A stretch of 39,706 nt of DNA, from positions 1 to 39,706 of IMG/VR virus record IMGVR_UViG_3300033109_000107; one strand, given 5' to 3'. Both the position numbers and the translations under genes were made by a program. Origin of the DNA: a virus (lineage: Duplodnaviria; Caudoviricetes). How positions within the stretch are numbered: position 1 is the first letter of the stretch; every line of letters starts with the position of its first letter. A model generated the notes under the pieces. The model was not told the origin of the DNA, searched no databases, and worked only from the letters and a program-made list of their open reading frames with translations. Positions 24,860 through 33,924 of the stretch are shown piece by piece.

Positions 24860-25885
24860 ATGACAGTTGAGAACCCTACCGCTGATAGCGGCGCAAGTAT
24901 CACTGACCGGATTGAGAGCCTTCTCACTGGTCAAAATCCGGCCCCCGAAGTACCCCCCAAGGAACCCGATCCGGTTCCTGAATCTGCACCCGAAGCAGCG
25001 GAAGAACAACCGGCAAGCGATGAGCAACCGAGTTCCGATGAGCCGCAGCTAAGCCTTTCCGACCTGGCGAAATACCTTGGCGTTGAAGAAGAGTCGTTGG
25101 ATGTTGATGACGATGGTTCTTTGAAGGTCAAGACCAAGATTGACGGGAAGGAAGGCGCTGCCAAGTTCAAGGATTTGGTCAAGTCCTACCAATTGCAGGG
25201 GCATGTAGACGCGAAGGCAAGGGAAGCGGCTGAACAAGCTAAATCCTTGCAAGAACGGGTGTCGCAGTTTGAGGCATACGCGCAATCCGAGGCGCAAAAG
25301 TTGGCGCATCTCGCCAGCATTGCAAATCAGGAACTTATGCGCGAACTCGGAGAGATTGACTGGCAGGGGCTTGCTAGAAATGACCCGGCTGAGTACGTCG
25401 CCAAACAGGCTGAGTATCAAGTCCGTCAAGGACGGATCAATCAGCTTAACGAGGCGGCGCAACAACAGGCGGAACAGGCTCGGCAGGCACAAGAGCAACG
25501 AACCAGACAGATGTTGGCTGCTGAAGCGGCGCGACTTCCTACCCTGATTCCTGAATGGGCGGATGAAAAAGTCGCTGCAACAGAGAAAGCGGAACTGAGT
25601 AAGTGGCTCATCAGCCAAGGCGTTAGCGAGAAAGAGGTCAACAGCCTGGCGCGTGCTGATGTCGTGTCGATGCTTCGCAAGGCGTGGCTATTCGATCAAG
25701 GCAAAGGCAAGGCGGCAGTGGTTGAAAAACAACTTCGCATCGCGCCTAAGTTGGTCAAGCCAGGCCAATCGAAAGACTCCGGGGAACGTGCGGCTGAAAC
25801 GGTCCGCACCCTCAAAGACAACATTCGCAAATCTGGCGGCAAGAACGGTATCGCTGAATACCTCTTGGCTACTGGGAAAGTCTAA
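24860..25885 (+). CDS. Capsid scaffolding protein
   Basis: Acidic Pro-rich N-terminus, KVKTKIDGKE...LVKSYQ, coiled coil; precedes the capsid gene. Confidence 0.82.
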   Translation: MTVENPTADSGASITDRIESLLTGQNPAPEVPPKEPDPVPESAPEAAEEQPASDEQPSSDEPQLSLSDLAKYLGVEEESLDVDDDGSLKVKTKIDGKEGAAKFKDLVKSYQLQGHVDAKAREAAEQAKSLQERVSQFEAYAQSEAQKLAHLASIANQELMRELGEIDWQGLARNDPAEYVAKQAEYQVRQGRINQLNEAAQQQAEQARQAQEQRTRQMLAAEAARLPTLIPEWADEKVAATEKAELSKWLISQGVSEKEVNSLARADVVSMLRKAWLFDQGKGKAAVVEKQLRIAPKLVKPGQSKDSGERAAETVRTLKDNIRKSGGKNGIAEYLLATGKV

Positions 25886-25907
25886 CCCCAATTCATAGGA
25901 CAAAATC

Positions 25908-26855
25908 ATGACGCAACCTACCAACACCCATTCGACCTACGATGCCGTAGGCAACCGTGAAGACCTTTCGGACATCATCTACGATGTCTCGCCGACCGAA
26001 ACCCCGTTTCTTTCTGCCATTGGCAAGACCAAAGCGACCGCGACTAAGCACGAGTGGCTGACTAGAACGCTGGCTGCTGCGTCTGGCTCGAACTTCGTGA
26101 TTGAAGGCGACGATGCTACGACCGATGCCGCGAATGCGAACGTCCGTTTGTACAACTATCGCGCAATTTCGGACAAGGTTGCCCGCGTCTCTGGTTCGCA
26201 AGAGGCGGTCTCCAAGGCTGGCATGGCAAGCAACATGGCCCGCGAGATGGAAGACAAGATGAAGGAGCTGAAGCGGGACGTTGAAACCATCCTGCTCCAG
26301 AACAACGCTTCGGTGGCCGGTAACGACACGCTGGCTTCGGAGAGTGCGGGTGCGCAAGCCTTCATCAAGACGAACACCTCGATTGCCGCCGACGCAATCG
26401 CCTCCAGCGGTAACGGCACGGATGAGCACACCGATGGCACGGCGCGTGCGCTTACTGAAGCGTTCGTTGAAACCGTCTTGGCTTCTGCCTGGACCAACGG
26501 CGGCAACCCGACGCTCGGCATTCTCAACGCTTTCCAAAAGCGTAAGTTTGCGACGTTCTCCGGTTCCTCGACCAAGATGTCGGATGGCGACAAGAAGAAG
26601 GTTGTCAACTCGGTCGACATCTACATCGACCCGCTGGGTAATGAGGTTCGCCTGGTGCCGTGCCGTCAAGCGCCCACGGACGTTGTGTTCTTCTTCGATC
26701 CCGAGTATGTCAAGTTTGCCACGCTGCGCAACTTCAAGACCTCGGATTTGGCGAAGACCGGCGATTCGGAGCGCAAGCAAATCTTGGTGGAATACACGCT
26801 GGAGGTTTGCAACGAGAAGGCCCACGCGGGCATTTACGACCTGTCGGCTTCCTGA
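25908..26855 (+). CDS. Major capsid protein (DUF5309/SU10-like)
   Basis: GNREDLSDIIYDVSPTETPF...LAKTGDSERKQILVEYTL. Confidence 0.9.
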   Translation: MTQPTNTHSTYDAVGNREDLSDIIYDVSPTETPFLSAIGKTKATATKHEWLTRTLAAASGSNFVIEGDDATTDAANANVRLYNYRAISDKVARVSGSQEAVSKAGMASNMAREMEDKMKELKRDVETILLQNNASVAGNDTLASESAGAQAFIKTNTSIAADAIASSGNGTDEHTDGTARALTEAFVETVLASAWTNGGNPTLGILNAFQKRKFATFSGSSTKMSDGDKKKVVNSVDIYIDPLGNEVRLVPCRQAPTDVVFFFDPEYVKFATLRNFKTSDLAKTGDSERKQILVEYTLEVCNEKAHAGIYDLSAS

Positions 26856-26898
26856 TAACCACGCGGGGGCTTCGCCCCCGTTCTTTTAGGAGACCGCT

Positions 26899-27477
26899 AT
26901 GGGCTTCAGCATCAAGCAAGTGGATGGTGGGCTGCAAGTTTCTGACTCGACCTACGACCTGGGTTCTACCCCGCTCTCGACGGTCAAAGTCAAGAACGAG
27001 CAGTTCGGTCCGTTCATCAAAACGACTCTCACTCTTAACAACGTCGCGCAAACCGTCACCAACGGCACCGAGTATCAAGGGACGAAGATTTACGACTTCC
27101 CGGCTGGGCGCCTGCTGGTTCTCGGGGTGACTGCGACCCTTCAGCAGAAGACCACTTCCGCCATTGCTTCGACCATCAATAGCGGCGTTACTGGCGCTAT
27201 CAGTCTCGGCACGGCGACTGCTTCCAGTGTGACGCTGGCAGGCACGATGGTTGATCTTCTGCCATCGACGGCATTTACCTCTTCGACCACGATCAACGTG
27301 GCCGGCGCTGCGGTTAGTGCTGCTCTTGCCGCGTCTGCTCATTTCGACGGCACGTCGACTGCCAAGGATATGTACCTGAACACTGCTTATGCCACGACTA
27401 CTGATGTCGATGGCGACGGCACTCAGACCATTTCCGGTACGGTGGTTGTTGTGTGGGTCAATCTGGGCGACTACTAA
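26899..27477 (+). CDS. Virion structural/decoration protein
   Basis: Thr-rich; follows the capsid gene with AGGAG RBS; flanked by GGGGGC-TTCG-GCCCCC-type hairpins. Confidence 0.65.
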   Translation: MGFSIKQVDGGLQVSDSTYDLGSTPLSTVKVKNEQFGPFIKTTLTLNNVAQTVTNGTEYQGTKIYDFPAGRLLVLGVTATLQQKTTSAIASTINSGVTGAISLGTATASSVTLAGTMVDLLPSTAFTSSTTINVAGAAVSAALAASAHFDGTSTAKDMYLNTAYATTTDVDGDGTQTISGTVVVVWVNLGDY

Positions 27478-27518
27478 TCACTAGGGGGGCTTCGGCCCCC
27501 CGCTTCTCTGAGGCGCAT

Positions 27519-27878
27519 ATGTGCAAAGAGCATCAATTGATCTTCGCTAAGGCATCTAGGACGGCGACTGCTTCAGCTACGATTTCGACGGATTCGACTC
27601 AGGCGTTGATCTTTATCAACGTCACTGCGGTTACTGCAACTCCTTCAGTTGTGTTCACTATTGCCGGGGTTTCCCCTGCTGGAAGCTCCGAATACACCAT
27701 CTTGGCTTCCGCTGCGATCACGGCTACCGGCCTTACCGTGCTGCGCATCTCCCCTCACCTGACCGCTGCGGCCAACACGATTGCCAAGGATATCCTGCCG
27801 TCTGAAATCAAAGTTACCGCCACGCATGCCGACACGGATGCAATCACCTATGAAGTGCGCATGGTGGGGATGGAATGA
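27519..27878 (+). CDS. Virion structural protein (hypothetical)
   Basis: Ala/Thr-rich ORF in the structural operon. Confidence 0.6.
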   Translation: MCKEHQLIFAKASRTATASATISTDSTQALIFINVTAVTATPSVVFTIAGVSPAGSSEYTILASAAITATGLTVLRISPHLTAAANTIAKDILPSEIKVTATHADTDAITYEVRMVGME

Positions 27879-28201
27879 GCGACCTAGTACGAACCACAAT
27901 CTACGATCAACTGGAAGACAAAGTAATCAACCGGGTGACGTATGACAACACGGCAATCCTTGAGCAGAACGCCAGGGATCGGGCCGACCGTCAAGGATTT
28001 GGTAAGTACAAAGGAACGCTAGTTCACGCTGGCCGCTTGCATATGGGGGATATTGAGCGGCTGAAAAACATGGGTTACAACCTGCTATCAAGCGACCCAG
28101 AAGAGGTTAGGCGAGCACTGCTCTATATCCAGTCTAACGAGTGGAAGCTGTTGAGCGTTGAGGGTACGCCGTTTGCCAAGCAGCGGGTCAAGTGGCAATG
28201 A
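27875..28201 (+). CDS. Hypothetical protein
   Basis: Coupled ORF. Confidence 0.65.
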   Translation: MSDLVRTTIYDQLEDKVINRVTYDNTAILEQNARDRADRQGFGKYKGTLVHAGRLHMGDIERLKNMGYNLLSSDPEEVRRALLYIQSNEWKLLSVEGTPFAKQRVKWQ

Positions 28202-28755
28202 AGGTTGCTGTTCTCGGGTTGTCTCCGACAACGCATGATCTAGCGCCGCTTAACGACCCAGACTGGGAGGTATGGGGTCTGCCATGGGACCGGCAGGCGT
28301 GGCCCTATATGTCGCGGGTATTTGAGATGCATGATCTCCGCTTGCTGGAGTCTGTGCATAGCCGGCGTTCAAGCGGGTATCTGGAGTTTCTGTCCGACAT
28401 TGGGTGCCCGCTGTACATGCAGGACGACTCTTTGCCGGGGGCTACAGCCTATCCGTTTGAAGCGGTGGCAGAGACCATCGGTGAATACTACTTCAATTCA
28501 TCCGTTGCCTATGCGCTGGCTTTAGCGATCCATGATGGTGCCGAAGAGATCGCTATCTATGGCGTAGACATGAAGGCGGACGATGAATACGGCTACCAAA
28601 AGCCGAACATGGAATATCTGATTGGAATTGCTAGGGGGCGGGGAATCAAAGTGACGATTCCAGAAGCATCACCGCTCTGCAAATTCCAGAACACCGGCAT
28701 TCGGTTCTATGACCATGTGCCGACATACCACAAAAGATATGGGTGGCTAGGATGA
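28198..28755 (+). CDS. Rossmann-like enzyme, possibly DUF115/MAF or sialyltransferase-like
   Basis: KVAVLG...VWGL...SSVAYALALAIHDGAEEIAIYGVDM. Confidence 0.55.
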   Translation: MKVAVLGLSPTTHDLAPLNDPDWEVWGLPWDRQAWPYMSRVFEMHDLRLLESVHSRRSSGYLEFLSDIGCPLYMQDDSLPGATAYPFEAVAETIGEYYFNSSVAYALALAIHDGAEEIAIYGVDMKADDEYGYQKPNMEYLIGIARGRGIKVTIPEASPLCKFQNTGIRFYDHVPTYHKRYGWLG

Positions 28756-29330
28756 GTATTACTAACTACGCTGAGCTTCAGACCAAAATTGGCAATTACC
28801 TGCACCGCGATCTGGCCACCATTATTCCTGACTTCATCACCCTGGCCGAGGCCAAGCTGAATCGTCGGCTCCGACTCCGCTCGATGGAGCAGCGCACTAC
28901 AGGGGTGGTGGCAGCGACGGTTGCGCTGCCGACGCGCTTTGCCGAGATCATCTCGCTTACCGTCACCAACAACGGGAGCACCTATCCAGTTTCCTACCTG
29001 CCCAGCTCCCGCCTTCAAGGTGAATCGTCCGACACGTTCTATTACTCCATCATCGGCGACAACATCTACTTTGAGCCGGTTGGGTCTGGACTGACCTACA
29101 CGCTGCATTACTTCCAGAAGTTTGACGCGCTGTCCTCTGGAGTGAATTGGCTGATCACCAACGCTCCCGACATCTACCTGTATGCATCTCTGTTGGAGTC
29201 GGCCCCCTACATCAAGGACGACCAGCGTATTGCGACATGGGGAACCCTGCTTGACAAGGCAATTGCTGATCTTGAACGTGACGACAGGTGGGCGCGGTAC
29301 GGGAATAACCTCCGTATGGTGGCGGCATGA
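28752..29330 (+). CDS. Head-tail adaptor protein
   Basis: ITNYAELQ...IPDFITLAEAKLNRRLR...NWLITNAPDIYLYASL. Confidence 0.75.
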   Translation: MSITNYAELQTKIGNYLHRDLATIIPDFITLAEAKLNRRLRLRSMEQRTTGVVAATVALPTRFAEIISLTVTNNGSTYPVSYLPSSRLQGESSDTFYYSIIGDNIYFEPVGSGLTYTLHYFQKFDALSSGVNWLITNAPDIYLYASLLESAPYIKDDQRIATWGTLLDKAIADLERDDRWARYGNNLRMVAA

Positions 29331-30760
29331 TCCCGTTCGCCGGATTCCTTCCTGATGCAGATCCTGCAACTCCTGGGGTCATCACGGATTGCACGGACAT
29401 GCTGCCATCTCTGCGGGGGATGAAAACTGCGCCATCTCTGGTTTCTCAGGGCATTGACGCTCTGGCGGCTACTTGTCTAGGGGCTGCGTCCATGTTCAAG
29501 TTGGACGCTACTACACGGACGTTTGCCGGGACCGCGACAAAGCTCTATGAACTCTCTGGAACGAGTTGGACGGATGTCACGCGGGCTACCGACTACACGA
29601 CCGGAGACATCCGCTGGCGCTTTGCGATCATGGGCAATACTTGTTTGGCGACGAACAAGAACGACACCATGCAGTATTCGACCTCTGGCGACTTCGCAGA
29701 CATCGCTAGCGGCATTAAGGCGTCATATATCGATGTGTCTGGTGGGTTTGTCATGGCTGCCGACATCAACGATGGTACTGATACTCCCGATGGGTGGATG
29801 TGTTCGGGGTTTCAGGATTATGCCGATTGGACGCCTAGCGTAACCACCCAATGCACGACCGGAAGAATTGTTGACGCTCCCGGTCCTATCCGTGGGCTGC
29901 GTGCGCTTGGGTCTAATTTCGTCATCTACAAAGATCGTGGCGTGTTCTTTGGGCAGTACGTTGGCGCTCCTGCGGTATGGCAATGGACACAGGTTCCTGG
30001 CGACATCGGATGCTCAAGCCATGAAGCGATCATCTCGATTCAAACCGCTCATTACTTTATCGGCCAAGAAAACTTCTACGTCTTCGACGGAAACACAATT
30101 CAGCCTATCGGCGATGGGTTCAAGACTTGGTTTTTCTCTCAACTGAACAACATCTACCGCCACACGATCAGAGGGCTTCACGACAGACAGAATTCTCGTG
30201 TGATCTGGTTCTTCCCGAAAGTCGGTTCTTCCACACTGAACGCTGCTGCTGCGTACAACTACATGACCGGGAAGTGGGGATACGCTGAGTACAACATTGA
30301 ATGCCCAATCGAGTATGTCTCTAGTGGCATCACGTTCGACGGACTCGGCGCGATTGCCGCGACTTGGGATGACTTCCCGAATGTCTCGTATGACTCGCCT
30401 TATTGGGTAGCTTCAAACCATCTTCCATCAGTAATCAATTCCTCTCACGCTCTAGTCACGATGACCGGCGTATCTGCTGGCGGAACACTGGTAACAGGGG
30501 TGATTGGTGACGATACACAATTTTCTATGCTCACCAGAGCAAGGCCAAGATTCACCGTGTCGCCTTCGACGGGAACGATGACGAATTCCTACTCCAACAC
30601 AGACGGGGTAACGATGACCACGGATGCCACTGCGACTCTAAACAATGGAAAGTTTGACGTTCTGCGTTCTGCTCGGTGGCACAAATTGTCCTACACCTTT
30701 GCCGGTGATTGCGAAGTCATCGGACACACCGTTTCTCTGGAAGCGGACGGACTGGAATGA
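29327..30760 (+). CDS. Tail tubular/nozzle (DNA stabilisation) protein
   Basis: 477 aa beta-rich protein after the adaptor gene; podovirus gene order. Confidence 0.7.
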   Translation: MIPFAGFLPDADPATPGVITDCTDMLPSLRGMKTAPSLVSQGIDALAATCLGAASMFKLDATTRTFAGTATKLYELSGTSWTDVTRATDYTTGDIRWRFAIMGNTCLATNKNDTMQYSTSGDFADIASGIKASYIDVSGGFVMAADINDGTDTPDGWMCSGFQDYADWTPSVTTQCTTGRIVDAPGPIRGLRALGSNFVIYKDRGVFFGQYVGAPAVWQWTQVPGDIGCSSHEAIISIQTAHYFIGQENFYVFDGNTIQPIGDGFKTWFFSQLNNIYRHTIRGLHDRQNSRVIWFFPKVGSSTLNAAAAYNYMTGKWGYAEYNIECPIEYVSSGITFDGLGAIAATWDDFPNVSYDSPYWVASNHLPSVINSSHALVTMTGVSAGGTLVTGVIGDDTQFSMLTRARPRFTVSPSTGTMTNSYSNTDGVTMTTDATATLNNGKFDVLRSARWHKLSYTFAGDCEVIGHTVSLEADGLE

Positions 30761-31035
30761 GACTTAACCTTCCTGCATCGCCTGAACTGGCGAGGGTTCT
30801 GCTCGACCTATCAAAGAAGCTAGATGCTTTGTCCGGTGGACATATTGAAGGCACAGCGTCTAAAGGGACTGCTGCTCCGACTACCGGGCTGTGGGCACAA
30901 GGTGACTTCTACAAGAACACCACACCAACGGAACAAGGAACAGCAGGGAGTAAGTACGTTGTGCTTGGGTGGATTTGCACAGTAAGCGGAGAGCCTGGGA
31001 CTTGGCTCCAAGCAAGAGTTTTGACGGGGAACTGA
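30757..31035 (+). CDS. Small tail-associated protein
   Basis: APTTGLWAQGDF...GWICTVSGEPGTW motif typical of tail proteins. Confidence 0.6.
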   Translation: MRLNLPASPELARVLLDLSKKLDALSGGHIEGTASKGTAAPTTGLWAQGDFYKNTTPTEQGTAGSKYVVLGWICTVSGEPGTWLQARVLTGN

Positions 31036-31036
31036 T

Positions 31037-31969
31037 ATGCCCACATTTGAACAACGGAACCCCTACGTATCGGCAGTGCCTAACCTCGTTAAGCGTGTGC
31101 CAGTGCGTCGTTACGGGCTGCTGGTGCCTCAACAGCAGACCGGCTTGCTTGGCGAGCCGATGCAGCCGCAGGACAAGCCATCCTACGACCAGACCATGCT
31201 GCGCGGGCAGGCTGCGGAACAGAATTTCTCCACAGACGAATATCGGCGGCGCTACATCGCGGCGATGGAAGCACAGCAGCGCCAGCGCGACCAGCAGGCG
31301 CTGGAACGGGCGGCAATCAAGGGCGGCAAAAAGTACCTATCAGATTACGATCTCGGCACCGGAACGGCCGGAAATGCGACGGCGGCACAGCAGGGCTATG
31401 GCTCACTTGATCACGCTAATTACAATGATGTGGCGAACACCATCGACGATGCCGGCGGCGCGGAGGCGACCAATCAGGACGCCGGATCAGGCGGTGGCGG
31501 GTCAGGGGGTTCCTATCTCGGGGCTGCTACCGGGGCACTCGGCGGCTACAGCAGAGGCAAGAAGAATTACTACACGGACCCGGCCATGCGCAGCGGAGAA
31601 GATGGCTACGGTAGATATCACCGGGATTACCGAGCCGAGATTGGAGGCGGCATTCTCGGCGGCGTCCTCGGCTATTACGCTCCTTATGCATCAGGAGCGG
31701 CTGGCCCCATCGTCGAATGGATACACCCATACATGCAGGACATGACGCGGGATGTCATCAATTTTGGCGACCGTATCGGCGGTGTAACCGGGGCCATGTT
31801 GCTCGATCCCATCGGGGCATATGCATCGGGCAAATACTCGAACAAGGACATCCTGACTTCCGGGCTGCTGGCCCCGCTGGGGCCGCTGAATGCACTGATC
31901 GGTGGCGGGGATGATGATCGCAGTACGGCCGAACGGGTGTTGGACCCAGGCGGTCTGCTTGATTGGTAA
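31037..31969 (+). CDS. Putative internal virion/ejection protein
   Basis: Gly-rich with hydrophobic glycine zippers; position. Confidence 0.55.
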   Translation: MPTFEQRNPYVSAVPNLVKRVPVRRYGLLVPQQQTGLLGEPMQPQDKPSYDQTMLRGQAAEQNFSTDEYRRRYIAAMEAQQRQRDQQALERAAIKGGKKYLSDYDLGTGTAGNATAAQQGYGSLDHANYNDVANTIDDAGGAEATNQDAGSGGGGSGGSYLGAATGALGGYSRGKKNYYTDPAMRSGEDGYGRYHRDYRAEIGGGILGGVLGYYAPYASGAAGPIVEWIHPYMQDMTRDVINFGDRIGGVTGAMLLDPIGAYASGKYSNKDILTSGLLAPLGPLNALIGGGDDDRSTAERVLDPGGLLDW

Positions 31970-31981
31970 GGAGAAATAGAA

Positions 31982-32794
31982 ATGGCTGATTTCGGGACTG
32001 ATTGGTGGTCTGATCTACAGACCGATGGAAGCGGCGACTGGCTGACTTATGACGACTGGGGAAACGACGCCAACCTGGCAAGCGACTATGCGGACAGTCT
32101 CTCCGGGAATACCAGCAACTGGTCATGGCTCAGCGATGTTGGCAAGGCTGCGATCGGAGCGCTTGGCTCGCAAGGCGGCATGACGGCGCTCGGCGGCCTG
32201 CTTGGCTATATGGGATCGAAGAATAACCCGAGTTCCATCACACAGACGCAGGAACCCTGGACACCGCAGCAGCCTTTCCTGATCGATGCCTTCCAAGGCG
32301 CCGCTGCTGCCGCCAAGGGCAATCCACTGACGACCAAGGCCAACGAGAACTACACGGCTTTGCTTGGCGGGCCGACCGTGAATCCCATGCTCGGACTGGA
32401 TAATCCGTACCTGCAACAGTCAATCGATCTGGCCAATGCCGATGTAACGCGGGCCATGAATCCGGCCCTGATCGCCGCGAACCGGGCTTCCGGCTCCTAC
32501 GGAAATTCCGGAGTTGCCGAGACCTACGGCCGGGCACTGGGCGATGCCTATTCGCAGAACGCGACGAATATGCGCATGCAGGATTACGCGCAGCAGCAGG
32601 GGTTGCAGCAACAGGCGGTCAACAATACGCTCGGCTTCACGACCAATGCTCAGAACTGGGCGGCACAACCTTCGCAGAACTACGCCAACACTGTGCGCGG
32701 AACCTATGGTGGAACGAGCACGACCCCGCTCTATTCCAACCCGTACTCTGGTTTGCTTGGTGGTGCTATGGCTGGCTACACGATGGGGAAATAA
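31982..32794 (+). CDS. Putative DNA ejection/pilot protein
   Basis: Gly/Gln/Asn-rich; TQEPWTPQQPFL, NPYLQ, GSYGNSG motifs. Confidence 0.65.
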   Translation: MADFGTDWWSDLQTDGSGDWLTYDDWGNDANLASDYADSLSGNTSNWSWLSDVGKAAIGALGSQGGMTALGGLLGYMGSKNNPSSITQTQEPWTPQQPFLIDAFQGAAAAAKGNPLTTKANENYTALLGGPTVNPMLGLDNPYLQQSIDLANADVTRAMNPALIAANRASGSYGNSGVAETYGRALGDAYSQNATNMRMQDYAQQQGLQQQAVNNTLGFTTNAQNWAAQPSQNYANTVRGTYGGTSTTPLYSNPYSGLLGGAMAGYTMGK

Positions 32795-32796
32795 TC

Positions 32797-33924
32797 ATGG
32801 GCCTTCTTGATAACCCGAAAGACGCGGCAATGCTGCAAATGGGCCTTGGGCTGCTGTCTCGCTCCGGGCCTTCTCGTATGCCTGTATCGCTCGGACAAGC
32901 CCTCGGTGATTCTGGTCAAGAAGCAATGGGCACCTATCAACAGGTAGACCAAGCCAACCAGATGAAGCAAATGCGCGACATGCAGATGCAGCAGCAACGC
33001 GCACAGGCTGAAGAGGCTGCACGGAGGCAAGCGGCGCTTAAAGCATTCCGCGATCAACTGCCTCCACAATTGCAAAACCAATTCGACGTTGACCCGCATG
33101 GCTTTATGCAGCAGATGTACGCAAAGCCTAAAGTGCATGTGGTAGATGGTGCGTTGGTAGATGAGTCTGGTAATGTCAAATATCAAGGCACTCCCAAGGC
33201 CGCGACTGACATTGAGAAGTTGATTGCTGCCCGCGACCGTTACCCGATTGGCGATCCCAACCGAAAGTTGTTTGATGCCGCGATTGCCAAGGCTTCCACT
33301 CATGCCCCGCAAGTCAATGTGTCGTATGGCTCACCTGTTGCTGGCGAGGATGACAAAGGGAACAAGGTTTTTTTCCAGCCAGACAAGAAGGGTGGAACGC
33401 CTGCCATTATCAAAGGTGTAAAGCCAAGCGGTGAAGTTGGAAAGGCTCCTACTGAGGCCGAAACTAAAGCCGCGTTTTACGCAGGAAACATGAAGGCCGC
33501 TACCCGCGTTCTCGATCAACTTGAGAAGGAAGGGCTTGACATGTCCAAGCTTGGTTCTCAGGTCGATACAGCAATGGCGGGCGGGATGGGGAACCTTGTT
33601 TCCAGCCCTCGTGCGCAACAAGCAAGGCAAGCTCAAAACCAGTGGGCAGAACAAATGCTCCGCATGCAAACCGGCGCTGCGGCGACACAAGACGAAATTA
33701 CCCGTACGGTGGCGACGTACTTCCCGAAGCCTGGTGACTCTTCAGAAGTGGTGGCGCAAAAGAAGGCCATGCGGGCACAGGCTGAACAAGGCGTATTTGC
33801 CGCTTCAGGTCGTGCTCAATCTCGCGTTCCTAGTGGTGGTGGAAAGACGGCAGTTCGCCGAGGCACGTATGGCGGAAAACCTGTAATCCAGTACGATGAC
33901 GGGAGTGTTGAATATGCCGATTAA
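32797..33924 (+). CDS. Putative DNA ejection protein
   Basis: MGLLD start, Gln-rich helical region, LRMQTGAA...YFPKPGDS. Confidence 0.65.
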   Translation: MGLLDNPKDAAMLQMGLGLLSRSGPSRMPVSLGQALGDSGQEAMGTYQQVDQANQMKQMRDMQMQQQRAQAEEAARRQAALKAFRDQLPPQLQNQFDVDPHGFMQQMYAKPKVHVVDGALVDESGNVKYQGTPKAATDIEKLIAARDRYPIGDPNRKLFDAAIAKASTHAPQVNVSYGSPVAGEDDKGNKVFFQPDKKGGTPAIIKGVKPSGEVGKAPTEAETKAAFYAGNMKAATRVLDQLEKEGLDMSKLGSQVDTAMAGGMGNLVSSPRAQQARQAQNQWAEQMLRMQTGAAATQDEITRTVATYFPKPGDSSEVVAQKKAMRAQAEQGVFAASGRAQSRVPSGGGKTAVRRGTYGGKPVIQYDDGSVEYAD

